64,000 nt of DNA, from the NCBI RefSeq assembly GCF_009914755.1, contig NC_060934.1; one strand, given 5' to 3'. The first letter of the stretch is position 1. Each line of letters begins with the position of its first letter. The notes beneath the pieces are model-generated. The model was not told where the DNA came from, did not search any database, and worked only from the letters and a program-made list of their open reading frames with translations. The translations under genes and the position numbers were made by a program. This stretch comes from the human T2T-CHM13v2.0 reference genome, Homo sapiens. This document shows, one piece after another, positions 56,680-64,000 of the stretch.

Positions 56680-57070
56680 AATGGAATGTACTCGAATTGA
56701 ATGAACTCGAATGGAATTGAATGGAATGGACTGTCATTGAATGGAATGGAATGGAATGCAAAAGGAATGAAATGGAATGGAATGGACCGAAATGTGATGG
56801 ACTCGAATGGAATGGACTTGAATGGAATTGAACGGAATGGACTGTTATTGAATGGAATGGAAAGAAATGCAAATGGAATGGAATGGAATGGAATGGAGCG
56901 GAATGGAATGGACCCAAATTTAATGGAGTCGAATGGAATGGACTCAAATTTAATGTACTCGAATGGAATGGACTCGAATGGAATTGAATGGAATGGACTG
57001 TCTTTGAATGGAATGGAATGCAAATGGAATGGAATGGAATGGAGTGGAATGGACCCAAATGTAATGGACT
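56680..57070 (-). repeat. Three diverged copies of a 111-156 bp segment
   Basis: GGACTGT(C/T)(A/T)TTGAATGGAATGGAA…TGCAAA…GGACC(G/C)AAAT, with the CTG at 56731, 56842 and 56998. Confidence 0.75.
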
Positions 57071-60000
57071 CAAATAGAATGGACTCGAAAGGAATGGTCC
57101 TGAATGGAATTTATTCAAATAGAATGGAATCGAATGGAATGCAATAGTATGGAATGGAATTGACTGGAATGGAATTGAAAGGAAAGGACTGGAATGAATG
57201 GAGTGGAATAGAATGGATTCAAATATAATGAATTGAAAAGTAATTGATTCAAATGGAATGGAATCAAACGGAAAGTAATAAAATGGAACGGAATGGAATA
57301 CAATAGAATGGAATAGAATGGAATGCAATGGAATGGAATGAAGTGGAATCGCGTGGAATGGAATCGAATGGAATATAATCGCAAGGATTGGAATCAAACG
57401 GAATGAACTGGAACAAAATGGAATCAAAAGGACAGGAATCGAACAGAATGGAATGGAATGGAATTGACTAGAATGGAATGGATTCGAATGGAATGGAACC
57501 GAGCGGAATGGAATTGAAAGGAGTGGAATTGAATGGAAACAAAAAGAAAAGAATGGAATGGAGTGTAATTTAAAGATATCAAATGGAAAGGAATGGAATG
57601 GACTCGAATGGAATGGACTGGAATAGAATGGACTGGAATACAATGGAATGGAGTGGAATGGACTCGAATGGAATGGAAGGGAATGGAATTGAAAGGAGTA
57701 GAAAGGAACTCAATCATGTGTAACGGAATGGAATGTAATGGAGACAAATGGAATAGAATCGAATGGAATGGCATCGAATGGAATGGAATTGAATGGAATG
57801 GATTCCAATGGAATGGAATGGAACAAAAATGGAATTGAACGGACTGGAATAGAATGGAATGGAATGGAAGGGACTCGAATGGAATGGAGTCAAATGCAAT
57901 GGAACCGAATGGAATGGAATTGAATGGAATGGAATTGAATTGAATAGTATGGAATGGAATGGAATGGAAAGATATTGAGTGGAATGGAATGGAATTGAAT
58001 GGACTCGGATGGAACGGACTGGAATGGAATGGAGATGAATGTAATGGACTGGAGTGGAATGGACTCGAATGGAATCGAAACGAATCGAATGGAGGGAATG
58101 GAATTGAAAGGAATAGAAATGAACAGAATCGGATGAAATGGAATAGAATGGAATGGAGACTAATGGAACAGAATCGAATGGAATGACATCGAATGGAATG
58201 GAATGAAATGAAATGGACACGATTGGAATAGAACAGAATGGAATGAGATCGAATGGCATGGAAAGGAATGGAAAGGAATGAAATGGAAAGGAATGAAATG
58301 GAAAGGAATGGAATGGAACCAATTATAATGGACTAGAATTGAATGGACTCAAATAGATTGGACTCCAAAGGAATGGTCTCGAATGGAATTTATTCGAATA
58401 GAATGGAATCGAATGGGAGGCAATAGTATGGAAAGGAATAGAAAGGAATGGAATCAAATGGAATTCACCGGAATGGAATGTATTGGAATAGAATGGACTC
58501 GACTGTAATGGATTGCAATGTAATTGATTTGAACGGAATGGATTCAAATATAATGTAATCAAATAGAATGGAATGGTATGAAATGGAAAGGAATAGAATG
58601 GAATGTAATAAAATTGAAGGGAGTGGAATTAAGTGGAATGGAATCGAATGGAAAGGAATCAAATGGAATGGACAGGAATGGAATGGACTCGAATAGAATG
58701 GACTGGAACAAAATGGAATCGAATGGATTGGATTCGAATGGAACGGATTGGAATGGAATGGAATGTAATCCAAAGGCATGGAGTCAAATGGAATGGAACC
58801 AAATGGAAAGGAAATGAATGAAATGGAATTGAATGGAATTGAAAGTATAGAATGGAATGGAGTGTAATCTAGAGATATCGAATGGAATTGAATGGAATGG
58901 ACTCGAATGGAATGGAGTTGAAAGGAAAGAATCGAAAGAAATGGAATTGAATGGAATGGAATTGAATAGAATCGAAAGACAGAATAGAATGGAGTGTAAC
59001 GGAAAGATATCGAATAGAAAGGAATGGAATGGAATGGATTTGAATGGAATGGATTTGAATGGAATGGACTCGAATGGAAATGACTGGAATGGAATGAATG
59101 GACTACAATGGAATGGACTGGAGTGGAATGGACTGGAATGGAAGGGAGAAGAATGGAATGGAATGGAATGGAAAGGAATAGAATGGAATGAATTCGGATT
59201 TCATGGAATGGAATGGAATGGAATGGAATCGAATGGAAGAGAATCGAATAGAATGGCATCAAATAGAATGGAAAGGAATGGAATGGAATGGAATGGACTC
59301 CAAATTAATAGACTCGAATGGAATAGAATCAAATGGAATGGCCTTGAATGGAATGGAATGGAGTGGAATGGAATGTAATGGAATGGAATGGAGTCGAATG
59401 GAATGGAGTCAAATGGAATAGAATCAAATGAAATGGCATCGAATGGAATGGAACGGAATGGAATGGAATGGAATGGAATGGAATGGACTCAAATGTAATG
59501 GACTCGAATGGAATGGACTCAAAGAGAAAGGATTCGAAAATAATGTTCTCGAATGGAATTTATTCGAATACAATGGAATCGAATGGAATGCAATAGTATG
59601 GAATGGAATCGAACGGAATGGAATCGAATGGAATAGACCAGAATGGAATGGACTGGAATAGAACGGACTCGAATGTAATGGATGGCAATGTAATTGATTC
59701 GAATGGAATGGAATATAATGGAATGTAATCAAATGGAATGGAATGCAAAGCAATGGAATGGAATAGAATGGAATGCAATGGAATGGTACGGTGTGGAATT
59801 GAGTGGAATGGAATCGAATTGAGTGGAATCGAAGGGAAAAGAATCGAATGGAATGGACTGGAATGGAATGGACTCGAATGGAATGGACTGCAACAAAATG
59901 GAATCATACGGATCGGAATCGAATGCAATGGAATGAAATGAAATGGAATTTACACGAATGGAATGGAGTTGAATGGAATGGAATAGAATGGAATGGAATG

Positions 60001-60180
60001 GAATGGATTCGTAAGGAATAGAATGCAACGGAGTGTAATGGAAAGTTATCAATTGGAATGGAATGCAATGGAATCGAATGCAATGGACTGGAATGGAATG
60101 GACTAGAATGGAATGGGCTGAAGTGGAATGGACTTGAATGGAAAGGAAACGAATGGAATGGAATGGAATGGAATGGAATG

Positions 60181-60610
60181 GAAAGGAATAGAATGGAATG
60201 GAATTTGATGGAACGGAGTGGAATGTAATGGAGTCTAATGGAATAGAATACAATGGAGTGACATCAAATGAAAAGGAATGTTATGGAATGGACTCGATTG
60301 GAATGGATTCTAATTGAATGGAATCGAATGGAATGGAATGAAATATAATGGAATTGAATTGAATCGAAAGGAATAGAATGGAATGGAGTAAAATGTAAAG
60401 AAATTGAATGGAATGGAAAGGATTGGACTCGAATGACATTTACTGGAATTGAATGGACTCTTATGGAATGGACTGGAGTGGAATGGACAAAAAAGTTATG
60501 GAAACTAATGGAATGGAATGGAGAGGAATAGAATGGAATGGAATAGGATGGAACGGAGTGGAATGTAATGGAGTTTAATGGAATAGAATCCAATGGAGTG
60601 ACATTGAATG
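60181..60610 (-). repeat. ~90-bp direct repeat at 340-bp spacing
   Basis: GATGGAACGGAGTGGAATGTAATGGAGT(C/T)TAATGGAATAGAAT(A/C)CAATGGAGTGACAT in the blocks starting at 60181 and 60521. Confidence 0.8.
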
Positions 60611-62860
60611 GAATGGAATGGACTCGAATGGAATGGACTGGAACAAAATGTAATAGAATGGATTGGAATTAAACGGAACTGAATGGAATGGACTCGAATG
60701 GAATGGAGTGAAATGGAATGGAACTTAATGGAATGGAATTGAATGGAATTGAAAAGAAGAGAATGGAATGGAGTGTAATTTAAAGATATGCAATGGAATG
60801 CAATGGAATGGAATGGAATGGAATGGAATGGAATGGCCTCGAATGGAATGGACTGTAATGGAATGGACTCGAAATGAATGGACTGGAAAAAATGGAATCG
60901 AATGGATTGAAATTGAAAGGAACTGAATGAAACGGAATGGAATGGAATTTAATGGACTCGAATGGAATGGAGTCGAATGGAATGGAATCAAATGCAATGG
61001 AAGCAAATGGAATGGAATTTAAAGGAATTGAAAGGAATAGAATGGAATGGAGTGTAATGGAAAGATGTCGAATGGAATGGAATGGAATGGAATGGAATGG
61101 AATGGACTAGAATAGAATGGAGTCGAATGGCATGGAACCGAATGGAATGGAATTGAATGGAATCGAAAGGAATAGAATGGAATGGAGTGTAATGGAAAGA
61201 TAACCAATGGAATGGAATGGAATGGAATGGACTTGATGGGAAGGGAGAGGAATGGAATGGACTAGAATGGAATGGTCAGGAGGGGAATGGACTCGAATAG
61301 AATGGAAACGAATGGAATGAAATGCAGTGGAATGGAATGCAATGGAATGGAATGGAAACGAATGGAATGAAAAGGATTGGAATGTAATGCAATGGAATGG
61401 AATGGAATGGAAATGAATGGAATGAAAAGGATTGGAATGGAATGCAATGGAATGGAATGGAAAGGAATATAATGGAATGGAATATGATGCAACGTAATGG
61501 AATGGAATGGTGTGAAATGAAGTAGAATCAAATGGAATGCCATCAAATGGAATGGAATGGAATGGAATGGACTCGAATGGAATGGACTCGAATGGAATAG
61601 AGTCAAATGGAATGTCATAGAATGGAATGGAATGGAATGGAATGGAAGGGAATGCAATGGACCCAAATGTAATGGACTAGAAAGCAATGGAATCAAATTG
61701 AATGGAATCGAAAGTAGTGCAAGAGTACGGAATGGAAACGAATGGAATGGTGTCAAAAGGAATGGACTCGAATGGAATGGACAGGAATTGAATGGATTCA
61801 CATGGATTGGACTGGAGTCGAACGGACTCAAATGGAATGGATACCAGTGGAATGGAATTGAATGGAATGGAAAGGAATAGAGTGGAATGGATTTGAATGG
61901 AATGGAAAGGAAAAGAACGGAATGGAATTAGATGGATCGGAATGGAATGGAATGCAGTCGAATGAAACAGAATTGAATGGAATGGCATCGAATGGAATGT
62001 AATGGAATTTTATGGAATGGACTAAAATTGAGTAGAATAGAAGGGAATGGCAGTGAATGGAATGGAATTGAATGGAGTAGACCCAAATGTAAAGAAATCA
62101 AATGGAATGGACTCAAATAGAATGGACCCAAAAGGAATGGTCTCAAATGGAATTTATTTGAATAGAATGGAATCGAATGTAATGCAATAGTATGGTTTGG
62201 AATAGAATCGAATGGAATCGAATGGAATGGAACGGAATAGAATGGACTGGAATAGAGCAAAATCGAATGCAATGGATTGCAAAGTAATTGATTCGAATGG
62301 AATGGAATCAAAAGGAATGTAATCAAAGTGAATGGAATGGAATGCAATGGAATGGAATAGAATGGAATGCAATGGAATGGAACGGAGTGGAATCGAGTGG
62401 AATGGAATCGAATGGAATGGAACTGAATGGAATGTCCTGGAATGGAATGGACTCGAATGGAATTTACTGGAACAAAATGGAATCAAACGGATTGGAATCA
62501 AACAGAACAGAATGGAAAGGAATGGAATGGACTCGAGTGGAATGGTTTTGAATGTAATGTAACCGAATGGAATGGAATCGAATGGAATGGAATTGAATGA
62601 ATTCGAAAGCAATAGAATGGTGTGGAGTGTAGTGGAAAGATATCGAATGGAATGGAATAGAATGGACTCTAATGGAATGGACTGCAACTTAATGGACTCA
62701 AATGAATGGACTCGAGACGAATGGACTAGAATGGAATGGAAATGAATCGAATGGAATTGAGTGCAATGGAAAGGAATAGAATGGAATGGAATCAGAAGGA
62801 ACTGAATGGAATGGAATGGAGACGAATGGAATAAAATCGAAATGAATGGCATAGAATGGA

Positions 62861-63455
62861 ATGGAATGGAATTTAATGGAATGGACTCGAATGGAATAGA
62901 ATCTCATGTAATGGCATGGAATGGAATGGAATGGAATGAACCCAAATGTAATGGACACTAATGGAATGGATTCATATAGAATGGATTCAAAAGGAATGGT
63001 CTCAAATGGAATATATTTGAATAGAATGGAATCAAAGGGAATGCAAAAGTATGGAATGGAATCGAATGGAATGGACCGAAATAGAATGGACTGGAATAGA
63101 ATGGACACAAATGTAATGGATTGCAAAGAAATTGATTCGAATGCCTTCGAATAGAATGGAAGGCAATGAAATGGAATGGAATGGAATGCAAAGGAATGGA
63201 ATAGAATGCAATGGAATGGAATGGAAAGGAGTTGAATAGAGTGGAATGGTATCAAATAGAATGGAATGGAAATTAATGGAATGGACTCGAAAGGAATAGA
63301 ATCTAATGTAATGGCATGGAATGGAATGGAATGGACCCAAATGTAATGGACCCTAATGGAATGGATTCATATAGAATGGACTCAAAAGGAATGGTCTCGA
63401 ATGGAATATATTCGAATAGAATGGAATCAAAGGGAATGCAAAAGTATGGAATGGA
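62861..63455 (-). repeat. ~200-bp direct repeat at ~395-400 bp spacing, including a module landmark
   Basis: Rare variants ATCT(C/A)ATGTAATGGCATGG, GGATTCATATAGAATGG and GAATCAAAGGGAATGCAAAAGTATGG are shared between 62861-63060 and 63261-63455. Confidence 0.85.
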
Positions 63456-64000
63456 TTCGAATGGAATGGAATCGAATGGAATGTAATCAAATGGAATAGA
63501 ATGGAATGCAATGGAATGGAACGGAATGGAATTGAGTGGAATGAAATCGAATGGAATGGAATCAAAAGTAATGGAATGCAATGGAATGGACTCAAATGTA
63601 ATGGACTGGAACAAAATGGAATCTAACGGATTGGAATCATACGGAAGGGAAGGGAATGGAATGGAATGGAATGGAATGGATTCAAACGGAATGGTGTTGA
63701 ATGGAATGGAACCGAATGGAATGGAATTGAATGGAATCGAAAGGAATAGAATGAAATTGAGTGTAATGGAAAGATATCGAATGGAATGGAATGGAATGGA
63801 CTCGAATGGAATGGACTGGAGTGGAATGGACACGAATGGAATGGACCGGTGTGTTATGGACTCGAATGAAATGGAAACGAATGGAATGGAAGGGAATGGA
63901 ATGGAATGCAAAGGAACAGAATGGAATGGAATCGGATGGAATGGAATGGAGTCGAATGGAAAAGAATCCAATGGAATGGCTTCGAATGGAATGGAATGAA

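Larger units (their letters stand above)
43000..59600 (-). repeat. Copy 2 of the diverged multi-module duplication (paralogous to ~23040-41950)
   Basis: Same anchors as copy 1. The landmark spacing series also matches: about 815/1315/1313/880/3059/1279/1170 here versus 864/1243/1288/960/2934/1304/1050 in copy 1. Confidence 0.8.
6924..64000 (-). repeat. HSat3-type satellite array in the opposite orientation, (GGAAT)n on +
   Basis: Continuous GGAAT pentamers with variants GGACT, CGAAT, GCAAT, GTAAT and AGAAT. The landmark motifs are those of the left block reverse-complemented, e.g. GGTCTCGAATGGAATTTATTCGAATAGAATGG. No interruption by non-satellite DNA was seen. Confidence 0.95.

Noticed and set aside
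7200-63420. Recurring conserved landmark with variable intervening sequence, superficially like a CRISPR repeat-spacer array
   Set aside because: The intervening DNA is itself homologous satellite of 0.15-3 kb, not unique 30-40 bp spacers, and no cas genes are present.
18-63999. Hundreds of ORFs up to 644 aa (e.g. 53307-55241, 49688-51616, 28047-29936, 1470-2897)
   Set aside because: The pentamer yields codons GGA ATG GAA TGG AAT or CAT TCC ATT CCA TTC, with no stops in any frame. Overlapping (WNGME)n and (FHSIP)n ORFs therefore arise automatically in multiple frames on both strands, with no domain, codon structure or gene context.
1-64000. Assignment to DYZ1 (Yq12), to HSat2, or to a specific chromosome
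   Set aside because: I see no homogeneous ~3.5 kb period and no HSat2 GATGAT-type motif. Chromosome and species cannot be fixed without mapping.
1-64000. Transposable element (Alu/L1/LTR), telomeric, alpha- or beta-satellite insertions
   Set aside because: No poly-A tail with target-site duplication, no TTAGGG run and no non-pentamer tract longer than a few tens of bases was seen. The short A runs at ~23415, ~26457 and ~43597 are mutated pentamers.

Overview
The whole 64 kb is primate pericentromeric/heterochromatic satellite DNA: a diverged (CATTC/GAATG)n pentamer array of the Human Satellite 3 (HSat3/SatIII) type, most likely human or great ape. By eye I saw no protein-coding gene, RNA gene, transposon insertion, CRISPR array or unique sequence. 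The hundreds of predicted ORFs are artefacts: the pentamer has no stop codon in any frame and reads as (WNGME)n or (FHSIP)n. The real structure lies at several scales. (1) A single clean strand switch at the palindromic hexamer CCATGG (6921-6926), with CATTC on + to its left and GGAAT on + to its right. (2) An ordered ~0.9-1.3 kb module built from variant pentamers and marked by the 10-bp palindrome TATTCGAATA (about 65 copies, hand-counted). (3) A hidden, old duplication relating ~23-42 kb to ~43-59.6 kb (offsets 16-20 kb), with kb-scale indels between the copies. (4) Many young local tandem duplications of 30-400 bp. (5) Pervasive CpG decay. I found no evidence for a new gene-encoded system; the notable signals concern satellite architecture and evolution. 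All alignments were made by eye, so block boundaries are approximate.
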